Shown here one piece after another: positions 7,804 through 17,229 of a stretch of 64,000 bases of DNA; within the stretch, counting starts at the first letter, position 1; every line of letters begins with the position of its first letter. The stretch spans positions 5,565-69,564 of the forward strand of contig JAZTYU010000025.1 of assembly GCA_045637165.1 (NCBI GenBank), read 5' to 3'. Made by a program: the position numbers and the translations under genes. The notes below the pieces were generated by a model. It made no database searches, had not been told where the DNA came from, and saw only the letters and a list, made by a program, of their open reading frames with translations. Source of the DNA: Candidatus Enterousia sp. (GTDB lineage: Bacteria > Pseudomonadota > Alphaproteobacteria > Rs-D84).

Positions 7804-9375
7804 TTACTTGTTTTTGCGTTTTATCATTTCCATTTGGATTATCCCGAATATATTCGATACCGTCCAATACAGGACCAATCCTGCCGGCATCCATGCAAAC
7901 ATTACTGTGAACAATATCGGCATCCAACGCATCATTCGCTGGGTCTGGGCCGCAACATCATTGCCATTGCCAGATGTTTTTGGCGACTGTAAACGTTGCT
8001 GAATCCACATGGTGGCCCCCATCATTATCGGCAATATAAAGTATGGGTCCATCGCAGATAAATCGGATATCCACAAAAAGTGTGCATTACGCATTGCAAC
8101 TGATACCAACAAGGCCTTATACAATGCGAAGAAGATTGGAATCTGAATCAACATTGGCAAGCAACCTGACATTGGTGATGTCTTGTGCGTTTGATAAAGT
8201 TTCATCATTTCCATTTGCAGACGCATTTTATCATTTGCATACAATTTCTGGATGCGTTGCATTTCAGGCTGCATTTTCTGCATTGCTGCCATTGAAACAT
8301 ATGATTTACGGGTCAAAGGCCACATCAGCATTCGCAGTAAAATTGTCATTATGATAATCGCAATACCATAATTCATCACAATACTGTGGATTGCATTTAA
8401 TAACCACAACATTGGACGTGCCAAGAACCAGAACCAACCATAGTCAATTGTTTCAGCAATTCCTGGAATCTTTGATTCTGCATAATCCAGGACACTCTGG
8501 TCACGTGGGCCTGTGAACAAATTTGTTGTGATTGTTGCGGTTGTGCCAGCAGCAACAGGCACAGCAGACGCCGCAATATCAGATGCGTATTTGTCGCCTG
8601 CCTTTTTAATGCGGATTGTTTGGTCAGGCGAAGAAATTGACGCAACAGTTTCCCAATACTGGTCTGCAAAACCTGCAAAACCAGTTGTTGTTGAATAGGC
8701 ATATGATTTTTTATCTAGTTTTGCCCAAGCAACATCTTCGACATCAGAATTTACATACGCAATAGCACCATTTGAAACACCGGCAGCGGATGCCATATCA
8801 TTTTCACGAACAATTCGTGCATACGGTGCAACAGAAATATCAGAACGTGATTTGTTATTGATTGTGTCTGTAATAGTTATTGTATAGCCGTCCACTGCGA
8901 TATTACGGACAAATTCAACCCCATCAGGATTACGCCAGGTGTATGTGCCGTCTTGGCCAGACCAGACCGTTGTAGAAACAGGGGCGGTTGTGCCAGTGGC
9001 AAGTTGTCCAACCTCGATAAAATTATTATCATTGCCTAATAAAACAACTGGCTCGGTAGTATTTGGAGAGGCTGCAAAATTTGTCAGTGCAATATCTGAT
9101 ATACGCAAGCCTTGAACCGTTGCCGTTATGTTATCAGACGAAATTGTTGATGTCGGAACACTTGATAAATCTTCGTTGCTGGTTATGACAGTATCTGATT
9201 GCACAGCCTGCCGGGGTGATGTAATCGCACCAATTGCCCACCAGGCAGCAATAAACATCAATGTCCACCACAAAAATCCAGAAAACGGAGATTTACGTTG
9301 GCTTGCGTTCTTGTTCGCATTCCACTGATTAAAACCAGAATTTTTATCCATATACTGAACCATTTTATTTACCAT
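7804..9375 (-). CDS. yidC: Membrane protein insertase YidC
   Basis: 523 aa: N-terminal TM, large periplasmic domain and the conserved 60-kDa IMP core (NYGIAIIIMTILLRMLMWPLTRKSYVSMAAMQKMQPEMQRIQKLY...MSGCLPMLIQIPIFFALY). The start could be ATG 9363 instead. Confidence 0.95.
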   Translation of the reverse strand: MVNKMVQYMDKNSGFNQWNANKNASQRKSPFSGFLWWTLMFIAAWWAIGAITSPRQAVQSDTVITSNEDLSSVPTSTISSDNITATVQGLRISDIALTNFAASPNTTEPVVLLGNDNNFIEVGQLATGTTAPVSTTVWSGQDGTYTWRNPDGVEFVRNIAVDGYTITITDTINNKSRSDISVAPYARIVRENDMASAAGVSNGAIAYVNSDVEDVAWAKLDKKSYAYSTTTGFAGFADQYWETVASISSPDQTIRIKKAGDKYASDIAASAVPVAAGTTATITTNLFTGPRDQSVLDYAESKIPGIAETIDYGWFWFLARPMLWLLNAIHSIVMNYGIAIIIMTILLRMLMWPLTRKSYVSMAAMQKMQPEMQRIQKLYANDKMRLQMEMMKLYQTHKTSPMSGCLPMLIQIPIFFALYKALLVSVAMRNAHFLWISDLSAMDPYFILPIMMGATMWIQQRLQSPKTSGNGNDVAAQTQRMMRWMPILFTVMFAWMPAGLVLYWTVSNIFGIIQMEMIKRKNK

Positions 9376-9901
9376 CCTTTATATTTTTTAAACAACAACG
9401 ACGGGCAAGGAACATATTTAACAAATATAAACCAACACCGACAACAATACAAATGTCTGCAACATTAAACGCAGGCCAATGCCAACCACCAATATGAAAA
9501 TCAAGGAAGTCAACCACCGCACCAAATCTGATGCGGTCAATCAAATTACCAATTGCACCACCAGCAATCAATGACAATGACACCCATTCATATGACTTGG
9601 CACGGACAAACAAATAATGCAATATCATTCCAATTATCGCACCAGTTGCAAATATCAATATTATCGGGGTTGCTTCGCCCAAGGCACGAAATAATGAAAA
9701 TGACGCACCAGGATTCCACGTAAAGACAATATTAAAATAATCACACACATGTGCCATTAAATATGGCACTGGAACAATATCCCATGCAGCACCAAATAAT
9801 GGAACACCACCCGTGATTAAATACAACAACGCCCCCTTGGACACCAGGTCCAGGAACAACACGCCAAAAATGATTGATAAAATCAATGTTATTTTTTTCA
9901 T
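9365..9901 (-). CDS. lspA: Lipoprotein signal peptidase (signal peptidase II)
   Basis: 178 aa, 4 TM. Motifs NPGASFS and GNLIDRIRFGAVVDFLDF...FNVADICI. Confidence 0.93.
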   Translation of the reverse strand: MKKITLILSIIFGVLFLDLVSKGALLYLITGGVPLFGAAWDIVPVPYLMAHVCDYFNIVFTWNPGASFSLFRALGEATPIILIFATGAIIGMILHYLFVRAKSYEWVSLSLIAGGAIGNLIDRIRFGAVVDFLDFHIGGWHWPAFNVADICIVVGVGLYLLNMFLARRCCLKNIKDGK

Positions 9902-9960
9902 ATTTGCCTTTCCGTTCTATATAGGTTGAAATATAACAATATGCAAGGTGAATTGCAAAT

Positions 9961-9991
9961 AAAATGTCCCCAAAAAATGGGGACTTTTTTG
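9961..9991 (-). terminator. Hairpin terminator downstream of the CPA2 antiporter gene
   Basis: GTCCCC-aaaaaat-GGGGAC with flanking A/T runs. Confidence 0.65.
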
Positions 9992-10001
9992 TAAGCAACA
10001 A

Positions 10002-11711
10002 TCAATCACGTTTGTCCGAAATCACAGTCGATAAGGCTGCATAATTATCCTGACGCATATCAATTAGCAAGTTATTTATACTGCGTTCAGATACACCTAA
10101 ATCAGACAATACACCAAAGCCCAATAAAAACGAAGATTCTATGGTTTCGGGCATCACTGTTTCGACCCCCTGGGTCATCAGCATCTGGGAATCAGCCAAA
10201 TTACGTGCACGGGCAAAGATTTTTACACGTGGTGCAATCGAACGAACAGTCAATATTGTCCGCTTGGCTGTGGTGGCGTTATCCAATGCAACAACAACTG
10301 ATTTTACACGACGTGGACGCAGACCAAATTCTGACAAAACATCACGACTGGTCGTATTTCCATAGACTACATTAAAGCCCATTTCACGTCCCATCATAAC
10401 AGCGTTAACATCTAGGTCAATCGCAACATATGGAATCTTTTTTGCGTCCAGCATTTGGCATATAATTTGACCAACACGACCAAAACCACAAACAATCACA
10501 TCAGGTTGAACTTCTGATTTATTCATTTCTATTTTGCGTGATTGACGCTGAGGAAACAATCGTCCATTTCGCTGCAGATAATCGTGCAAGTCTAACAATA
10601 GCGGAGTTATCATAATCGATAGGATTATTATCGCCGTCAAAATTTCTTTGTGGCCAGATGGAATTGCAGAAATCCCACTGGTCTTCATTGTTTGCAGCAT
10701 CAATAATGCAAATTCACCACCCTGAGCCAGAATCAAAGAAATCATCAATGCATCAGGTGCGTTGACACCACGAACACGTGCAACAATGAATATCGCAAAA
10801 AACTTTAACGCAATCAACCCTATAACACCAAACAGAACAACATACCAATAATGTCCTAGCAGTTTTAAGTCTAGCCCCATACCCAATGAGATAAAGAAAA
10901 ACGCCAGAAACAATGTTGCATACGGTGAAATTTCAGCGGTAATTTGATGACGATAAATTGTTTCTGACATCAACATACCTGCCAAGAAGGCACCCAGACC
11001 TGCCGGCAAACCAATCAAGTCAACCAAAACAGCCCAAATAACAATGTTCAGCATTACAGCAAGTAAAAAGGCTTCTTTGGATTTAAGTTTTGCAACCTGA
11101 CGGAATAATGGTGTCATTACAAAACGCCCCATTAAAACAACTGACAACACCAAAACAACAGATATTACACCAACGTCAATCGCAGTTGCCCCAAGGTTAA
11201 ATGTTCGCCCAGCCAGTGCAGGCAACATTGCCAGCAGTGGAATTGACAATAAATCTTGGAACAAAAGAATTGAAAATGTTTGACGTCCCATTTCTGTATT
11301 TAACTGATTACGTTCCGTCAACAACTGTAAATCAATGGATGTGCTGGACATTGCCAACATCAGCGACACCATTATGCACCCCAGAATCGACCAAGTTGTC
11401 AGCCCAAACAACAGTGGAAATAACATAACTGCAACCATCATTACCTGGGCAGCACCAAAACCAAATATTGTGCGTTTCATACGCCACAGACGTTTAATAT
11501 TTATTTCCAGACCAATACTGAACCACAAAAACAATATTCCCATATCGCCCAAAAATGTCCAGGCATCTGACAATTCAAACAGATTAAAAACATAAGGTCC
11601 TGATAAAACACCTGCGAATAAAAACGCAACCAATGCACCTATTTTTGCCATACGCAGCATATAAACCAATGTGAAAACAATCGCAAAAAATGCAAGCAAT
11701 GATAAAGACAT
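10002..11711 (-). CDS. CPA2-family monovalent cation:proton antiporter (KefB/KefC-like) with TrkA-N domain
   Basis: 569 aa: roughly 12 TM Na/H-exchanger domain followed by a Rossmann motif VIVCGFGRVGQIICQMLD. Confidence 0.88.
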   Translation of the reverse strand: MSLSLLAFFAIVFTLVYMLRMAKIGALVAFLFAGVLSGPYVFNLFELSDAWTFLGDMGILFLWFSIGLEINIKRLWRMKRTIFGFGAAQVMMVAVMLFPLLFGLTTWSILGCIMVSLMLAMSSTSIDLQLLTERNQLNTEMGRQTFSILLFQDLLSIPLLAMLPALAGRTFNLGATAIDVGVISVVLVLSVVLMGRFVMTPLFRQVAKLKSKEAFLLAVMLNIVIWAVLVDLIGLPAGLGAFLAGMLMSETIYRHQITAEISPYATLFLAFFFISLGMGLDLKLLGHYWYVVLFGVIGLIALKFFAIFIVARVRGVNAPDALMISLILAQGGEFALLMLQTMKTSGISAIPSGHKEILTAIIILSIMITPLLLDLHDYLQRNGRLFPQRQSRKIEMNKSEVQPDVIVCGFGRVGQIICQMLDAKKIPYVAIDLDVNAVMMGREMGFNVVYGNTTSRDVLSEFGLRPRRVKSVVVALDNATTAKRTILTVRSIAPRVKIFARARNLADSQMLMTQGVETVMPETIESSFLLGFGVLSDLGVSERSINNLLIDMRQDNYAALSTVISDKRD

Positions 11712-11747
11712 TCCCTTTTCCCTCTCTCGTTTGTCTTGATAATAAAA

Positions 11748-12572
11748 CTATAACAAATTATTTGCCAAGATTGCAAATGTTTCTGGTGCAAGATTTTCGG
11801 CACGCTCGGTCCCGGTTAAACCAAATACAGTCCAATCAACACCAGGGATAATTCCACGTATCATTTTACGACGTTGACCAAACAATTTTGCAGTGATTTG
11901 TTCAATCTTGGCAATGTCTGAAATTTGTGAAATCTTTTGTGCGTCTGGAATTATTTGAACAACAGCACTTTGGACCCGTGGGCGTGGAACAAAAGCAGTG
12001 TTTGGAACATCGAACAATATTTTACTGTTAGCAAGTAAAGATGTCAAAACAGCCAGACGACCATAATGTTCATCCCCTGGACTGGCGGTGATTCGTTGGG
12101 CAACCTCTCGCTGGAACATCAGGGTCAGCGATGTTATTCGTTCGCCGGCCGCAATCTTTTTTAACCAACCTATCAATAATTCTGTGCCAACATTATACGG
12201 CAAGTTCGCACATACTGCGTATTCATCAAAACCCAACTTTGAAAAATCTACACGCAGTGCATCGTCGTAAATAACAGACAAGCGACCATTTGATGCATCA
12301 ATAATTTGCGACAATATTGGTTCGGTTGTCTTGTCCTTTTCAATCGCAATAAGTTGCTTGGCACCTGCTAATAAAATCGCACGGGTAAGACCGCCTGGGC
12401 CAGGCCCAACTTCTACAACATTAGTGTTTTTTATATCAGGAACACTGTTCGCAATACGGCCTGTTAAATTCAAATCAAACAAAAAATTCTGACCAAACTG
12501 CTTTTTAGGTTCCAGACCACATTCACACATCATCGCAGATACAGGTGGCAAAGATGAAATTAAATCTGTCAT
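11748..12572 (-). CDS. rsmA: 16S rRNA (adenine1518/1519-N6)-dimethyltransferase
   Basis: FGQNFLFDLN and VVEVGPGPGGLTRAIL SAM motifs, NLPYNVG. 274 aa. Confidence 0.93.
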   Translation of the reverse strand: MTDLISSLPPVSAMMCECGLEPKKQFGQNFLFDLNLTGRIANSVPDIKNTNVVEVGPGPGGLTRAILLAGAKQLIAIEKDKTTEPILSQIIDASNGRLSVIYDDALRVDFSKLGFDEYAVCANLPYNVGTELLIGWLKKIAAGERITSLTLMFQREVAQRITASPGDEHYGRLAVLTSLLANSKILFDVPNTAFVPRPRVQSAVVQIIPDAQKISQISDIAKIEQITAKLFGQRRKMIRGIIPGVDWTVFGLTGTERAENLAPETFAILANNLL

Positions 12573-13168
12573 AATGATTTACGCCCCCCAAACGCCAATG
12601 TCAATGTTCCTTCGTCTAAATAATCTAAATCACCGCCCAATGGCACACCAGAGGCAAGTTCAGAATAGGACACACCGTCTGTTTCACCGATAACCGACAT
12701 TATGTAATGCTGGGTCGTTTTACCTTCGACTGTGTTTGGCAGGGCAAATATGATTTCTGTGATTTTTTCATCACTGATACGACCAGGCAGAGTATTGATA
12801 TTTAAATCTTGGGGTAAAACACCCGACGCCCCAGACAACAAACCACCAATAATATGATAACGACCATGAAACACAGACGATTTTTCCAGTGTCCAAACAT
12901 CGGCCAGATCACGAACAATGCACAACTGACCATTTGCACGTGATGCATCACGACAGTATTCGCACACCCCTGCCCCACGGTCAGTCAAAACACCACAACG
13001 TGGGCATGATGCTATATTTTCAGACGCATCAATTATTGCAGAGGCAAGTGCATTTGCACGACCTGTTTTATCTTGTAATAAACAAAGGGCAATACGCTGA
13101 CCACCACGTGAGCCAACACGTGGTAATTTTGCAAACAGTTTTATCAACTTTTCAATTTTTGGATTCAT
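12569..13168 (-). CDS. recR: Recombination protein RecR
   Basis: 199 aa. HhH N-terminus (LPRVGSRGGQRIA), Cys4 zinc finger (CPRCG...CEYC) and a Toprim region. Confidence 0.93.
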   Translation of the reverse strand: MNPKIEKLIKLFAKLPRVGSRGGQRIALCLLQDKTGRANALASAIIDASENIASCPRCGVLTDRGAGVCEYCRDASRANGQLCIVRDLADVWTLEKSSVFHGRYHIIGGLLSGASGVLPQDLNINTLPGRISDEKITEIIFALPNTVEGKTTQHYIMSVIGETDGVSYSELASGVPLGGDLDYLDEGTLTLAFGGRKSL

Positions 13169-13183
13169 AGCGTATATAAAATA

Positions 13184-14401
13184 CTAGTGAAAAACATAAC
13201 TGTCAATACCGTTTGCAGTTGCAGACGATTTTAGGTTCTGGGCCGCTGATTCAGATAAACCATAGACACGCACACGGTAAAGCCCAGTGCCTGTTGGTTC
13301 AACAACTGCGTTTGCACCCAGTTTATTTTTGACATTTGCAACCTGGGAACGGGCCGCTGATTCAGATGAAAACGCACCAAACTGAACACCTGTTCCACCT
13401 GCTGATGTTGCAGTCTGGGTTATTGCAGCACCCGAATATTTTGGCATTGCGTTTGCAGTTGCAGAATTATACGCACCTGCAAATGTTGTTGGATTTGCCG
13501 CTGTTTGATTATACGTTGGCTGATTGTATGACGGTTGGGATACTGGCTGTGTTTGATGCGACGTCTGCACAGGTGCAACAGGTGTATTCTTGACAATTGA
13601 AGCCCCCCCATTTCCCAACATTGTAAAACCACGATTTAACATTTGGGCGGCTACGTTGGCACGAACGTCTTTGTTTTCTGCCCCCAGCACCACAGACATC
13701 AAATGCGAACCATTGCGATATGCAGTTGCAACAAGTGAATATTTAGATTTCTTGGTATAACCTGTCTTCATACCATCACAACCGTTAAAAGACGTCAACA
13801 GGCGGTTTCCATTTGTATATGTTTTGCCGTTATATGTCCAAGACTTTATCCCAAAAAAGTGCCAATACTGGGGAAAGTGTTTATATACCGCCATTGATAG
13901 CAGTGCAATATCACGTGCCGTTGATAAATGGTCATCATTTGGCAAACCAGATGAATTTTCAAAATTCGTATTCGTCAGTCCTATTTCACGTGCGACACGG
14001 GTCATCAGGTCTGCGAAAGATTCTTCTTGGCCACCTTTTAGGTTTTCAGCCAACACACGGGCAACGTCATTTGCACTGTAAACCGCCAATGCCTTTATCG
14101 CATCTTCGACACGAATTTTAGACCCCGCTGCCAGTCCTAGTTTTACAGGCTCTGCATTTGCGGCAGACTGTGATACAATCAGATAATCGTCCAAAGCCAA
14201 ACGACCGTGTTCCAGTGCATCAAACGTTAAATACAATGTCATTATTTTTGTTAAACTTGCCGGATAATTTAGTTCATTTGCGTTTTCTTGGTATAAAACA
14301 CGACCTGTATCCATATCTGCAACCAGTGCCGCACGATACTGTGCTGCGTTGGCAGCGTCACAAAAAATCAGCGTGAATAAAAGTGGTAACATTCTTCTCA
14401 T
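13184..14401 (-). CDS. D-alanyl-D-alanine carboxypeptidase (S11, PBP5/6-like) with C-terminal SPOR domain
   Basis: Signal peptide, SLTK active-site motif (PASLTKIMT), SGN-like NSSGL and KTGYT motifs. A Q/T/P-rich linker is followed by a SPOR-like tail (GVQFGAFSSESAARSQV...YRVRVYGLSESAAQNL). Confidence 0.88.
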   Translation of the reverse strand: MRRMLPLLFTLIFCDAANAAQYRAALVADMDTGRVLYQENANELNYPASLTKIMTLYLTFDALEHGRLALDDYLIVSQSAANAEPVKLGLAAGSKIRVEDAIKALAVYSANDVARVLAENLKGGQEESFADLMTRVAREIGLTNTNFENSSGLPNDDHLSTARDIALLSMAVYKHFPQYWHFFGIKSWTYNGKTYTNGNRLLTSFNGCDGMKTGYTKKSKYSLVATAYRNGSHLMSVVLGAENKDVRANVAAQMLNRGFTMLGNGGASIVKNTPVAPVQTSHQTQPVSQPSYNQPTYNQTAANPTTFAGAYNSATANAMPKYSGAAITQTATSAGGTGVQFGAFSSESAARSQVANVKNKLGANAVVEPTGTGLYRVRVYGLSESAAQNLKSSATANGIDSYVFH

Positions 14402-14443
14402 ACAATAAATGTTAGTAAAAAAATTGTATGTGGGTCAATAATT

Positions 14444-14470
14444 AAAAATCCCCCATTTGGGGGATTATTT
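14444..14470 (-). terminator. Hairpin terminator downstream of pyk
   Basis: AATCCCCC-attt-GGGGGATT with A/T runs. Confidence 0.7.
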
Positions 14471-15841
14471 TTAGTCTAATGTGCGAAGACTAATTTTGTC
14501 TTCGTCCACGATAACTATTTTGCCCTGATTGATGTTAAAGCGACGGGCAGCATTAAACGCATCACGCATTCCAAACAATTCATTGTCATAAATTGGGAAT
14601 ACACCACGTGCCAAACACAACTGATTTGCAATCACTGATTCATTACATACTGCGATAACAGGAATATCAGGTTTACGGCAAGAAATTTCAGTCGCTGTAA
14701 TCGTATCACGGGCAAATACAACAATTGCAGACGCACGGTTCAAATACGCCATTGACGCAACAGAACGTGACCAGTCATTTTCAGGAATATTTTCAACACG
14801 TGACCAATCAAATGGATTTGCAATCGCATCGGCGTCTGCATTTGCCAAGATATTGGACATTGTTTCAATAACATTTACAGGATTCATACCGATTGTTGTT
14901 TCTTCGGACGTCATTGTTGAATCCGCACGCAGGTATGCAGTGTTTGCAACGTCTGTAATTTCGGCACGGGTTGGAAATTCACTGTTCACCATCGAACCCA
15001 ACATCTGGGTCGCAACAATTACAGGCTTGTTCATTTTGCGACATTCACGAATAATATGACGTGAAATCGCAGGAACAGACGCATATGGAACTTCGACCGC
15101 CAGGTCGCCACGTGCAATCATAATACCGTCTGCGATGGCTGCAATATCTGTTATGCGTTCAACAGCGTTTGGACGTTCGATTTTTGCAATAATTTTGATT
15201 GGATGTGCCGTGCGTTGGGTGATGAAATCACGAACCTCGGCAATGTCTTCGGGACGTTGCACAAATGAAATTGCAACCCAATCTGGTTTCTTGGTAATTG
15301 CATATTCCAGGTCTTTGCGGTCCTTGGCAGTCAAGACAGATGTGTTGATTTCTGTGTCTGGCAAATTAAAACCACGACGCGACCAAATTTCTGTGCCACG
15401 AATAACAGTTGCATCAACACGGGTCGCAGATGCAAAATCAACACGCATTTCAATTTTACCGTCATTTAACAGAATTCTGTCACCGACCTTTAACGACGCT
15501 AAAACATCGGCATCGGGCAACTGAACACGGGTTGAATTACCAGGCGTTTGGTCTGTATCAAATGTAAATTTCTGACCAATTTCCAGGGGATATTTATCTT
15601 CGGTTTCAAAGTTTCCAATACGATGTTTTGGTCCTTGCAAGTCAATCATCACAGCAACAGGCATATTTAATTGTGATGATATTTCACGAATCATATCGAT
15701 TTTACGTCCCTGAACATCGCCTGTGTCGTGGCTAAAATTCAAGCGGCACATATTCACCCCAGCCTGAATCATACGGGTTAGTGTTTCACGGTCTTCGCAT
15801 TTTGGACCAATTGATGCGGTAATTTTGGTAAACTTGTTCAT
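14471..15841 (-). CDS. pyk: Pyruvate kinase
   Basis: 456 aa. TKITASIGPKC, NMCRLNFSHD, MIDLQGPKHR and IMIARGDLAVEVP motifs. Confidence 0.95.
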   Translation of the reverse strand: MNKFTKITASIGPKCEDRETLTRMIQAGVNMCRLNFSHDTGDVQGRKIDMIREISSQLNMPVAVMIDLQGPKHRIGNFETEDKYPLEIGQKFTFDTDQTPGNSTRVQLPDADVLASLKVGDRILLNDGKIEMRVDFASATRVDATVIRGTEIWSRRGFNLPDTEINTSVLTAKDRKDLEYAITKKPDWVAISFVQRPEDIAEVRDFITQRTAHPIKIIAKIERPNAVERITDIAAIADGIMIARGDLAVEVPYASVPAISRHIIRECRKMNKPVIVATQMLGSMVNSEFPTRAEITDVANTAYLRADSTMTSEETTIGMNPVNVIETMSNILANADADAIANPFDWSRVENIPENDWSRSVASMAYLNRASAIVVFARDTITATEISCRKPDIPVIAVCNESVIANQLCLARGVFPIYDNELFGMRDAFNAARRFNINQGKIVIVDEDKISLRTLD

Positions 15842-15891
15842 AAGACATCCCTTGTGTTTTTCGTAATTTTGTTTTTCTTGATTTTTGCGAT

Positions 15892-15907
15892 TTATGATAT
15901 ATCATAA
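15892..15907. promoter_or_regulatory. Perfect 16-bp palindrome in the pyk / gapR divergent promoter region
   Basis: TTATGATATATCATAA is its own reverse complement. It lies 31 nt upstream of the gapR ATG. Confidence 0.4.
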
Positions 15908-15937
15908 CTTTTATAAATAAACAAGGGGAAAACAGAA

Positions 15938-16186
15938 ATGAAACAAGCAAATCACGGTGCTTTTGATAACCAGCAGTTGTTGAGCATTATTGAACGTATT
16001 GAAAAGTTAAACGAAGAAACAGCCGCTATTGCAGCAGACATCAAAGAAATTTATTCCGAGGCTAAATCTGCAGGTTATGACCCAAAATATATTCGCCAGA
16101 TGATTCGTCTGCGTAAACTGGACCCTGATGAAATTGATGAAGCCGATGAACTGACACAAATGTATCGTAATGCATTGGGGATATAA
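15938..16186 (+). CDS. gapR: GapR/DUF2312 (UPF0335) nucleoid-associated protein
   Basis: 82 aa. LLSIIERIEKLNEE...IKEIYSEAKSAGYDPKYIRQMIRLRK is the alphaproteobacterial DUF2312 signature. Confidence 0.85.
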   Translation: MKQANHGAFDNQQLLSIIERIEKLNEETAAIAADIKEIYSEAKSAGYDPKYIRQMIRLRKLDPDEIDEADELTQMYRNALGI

Positions 16187-16500
16187 TGAAAGGCTTTACA
16201 AAAACAGTCGAAGATTTTAACTGCACCCATTGTGGTGCAGTTGTTCGTGGAAACGGATATACAAACCATTGTCCAAACTGCTTGTGGTCAAGACATGTTG
16301 ACAATAATCCAGGCGACCGGGCGGCAGCATGTGGCGGAATGATGGCACCGGTGGCGGTGGAATCAAGTGGGGATAAATTTATCATCACGCATCGTTGCGA
16401 AATATGCGGCAAAGAAAAAAGACAAAAAACCACAGACAATGACAACATTGACACAATCATCGAAATATCCAGAAATAAATCTTTTATTTTTGGAAAATAA
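16186..16500 (+). CDS. RNHCP domain-containing zinc-ribbon protein
   Basis: 104 aa. FNCTHCG...GYTNHCPNCLWSRHVD...HRCEICG matches the RNHCP family pattern. The start overlaps the gapR stop (TAATG). Confidence 0.75.
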   Translation: MKGFTKTVEDFNCTHCGAVVRGNGYTNHCPNCLWSRHVDNNPGDRAAACGGMMAPVAVESSGDKFIITHRCEICGKEKRQKTTDNDNIDTIIEISRNKSFIFGK

Positions 16501-16528
16501 AAAATCCCCAAATCGGGGATTTTTTTAT
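16498..16528. terminator. Bidirectional hairpin terminator
   Basis: AAAATCCCC-aaatc-GGGGATTTTTTT between convergent genes. Confidence 0.75.
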
Positions 16529-16543
16529 TACCAGACCAAATAA

Positions 16544-16840
16544 TTATGGCATTGGAACACCGGCGGTCGCCGCACCCATAACCTGGTCGATTATTGTGTC
16601 GGCCTTTTCCTTGGCGTCTTGGTATGCCGCCATAACAGCCTGTTCAACAGCCGCCGCACCACCAGACAAAACGTCTGGACGGATTGTCAATTTTACCATA
16701 TCGTATTTCCCAGTCATATCGATGATGCATGCACCACCGTCGGCGATACCCTTGACCGTTGTTTTTGCCAATTGTTCCTGGGCATTGGCAACCTTGGCCT
16801 GTAATTCAGCGGCCTGGGCCATTAATGCTTCCATATCCAT
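16544..16840 (-). CDS. ybaB: YbaB/EbfC family nucleoid-associated protein
   Basis: 98 aa. ...AQEQLAKTTVKGIADGGACIIDMTGKYDMVKLTIRPDVL... is the typical YbaB pattern. Confidence 0.88.
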   Translation of the reverse strand: MDMEALMAQAAELQAKVANAQEQLAKTTVKGIADGGACIIDMTGKYDMVKLTIRPDVLSGGAAAVEQAVMAAYQDAKEKADTIIDQVMGAATAGVPMP

Positions 16841-16858
16841 TTAATCTCTCCCTGTTAT

Positions 16859-17218
16859 TTATTTTTGTTTTTCAATGTGCAACATTTGCAAAATCTTTGG
16901 TGGGATACCCCAAATTTCCGCAGCCTTTGCAGATAAAACCAATGATGGAATTACTTCGTTATTTGCGTAATTCACCATTGCTTCGGCAGATGCAACACGT
17001 GGCTGGGTTGATGCCATTGTATTATAACGAATGCTTCCAGATGGCGTGTCGTGCCGCTTCTGAACTTCAACAAATCTGCGACCTGTATTTCTATCAACAA
17101 AGATTCCAATAAAATAATTTTCTTCTAGGTATTTCTTGAACTTTGGAACATCAGTGGCAGCACACCCCAGGTGTGCTGCCCACTGTTCATCAGTCCATTT
17201 CAACTGTTCTGGTTTCAT
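16859..17218 (-). CDS. Hypothetical protein (119 aa)
   Basis: An ORF packed tightly between ybaB and pnp on the same strand. No recognisable motif. Confidence 0.5.
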   Translation of the reverse strand: MKPEQLKWTDEQWAAHLGCAATDVPKFKKYLEENYFIGIFVDRNTGRRFVEVQKRHDTPSGSIRYNTMASTQPRVASAEAMVNYANNEVIPSLVLSAKAAEIWGIPPKILQMLHIEKQK

Positions 17219-17229
17219 TTAGAAAATCC

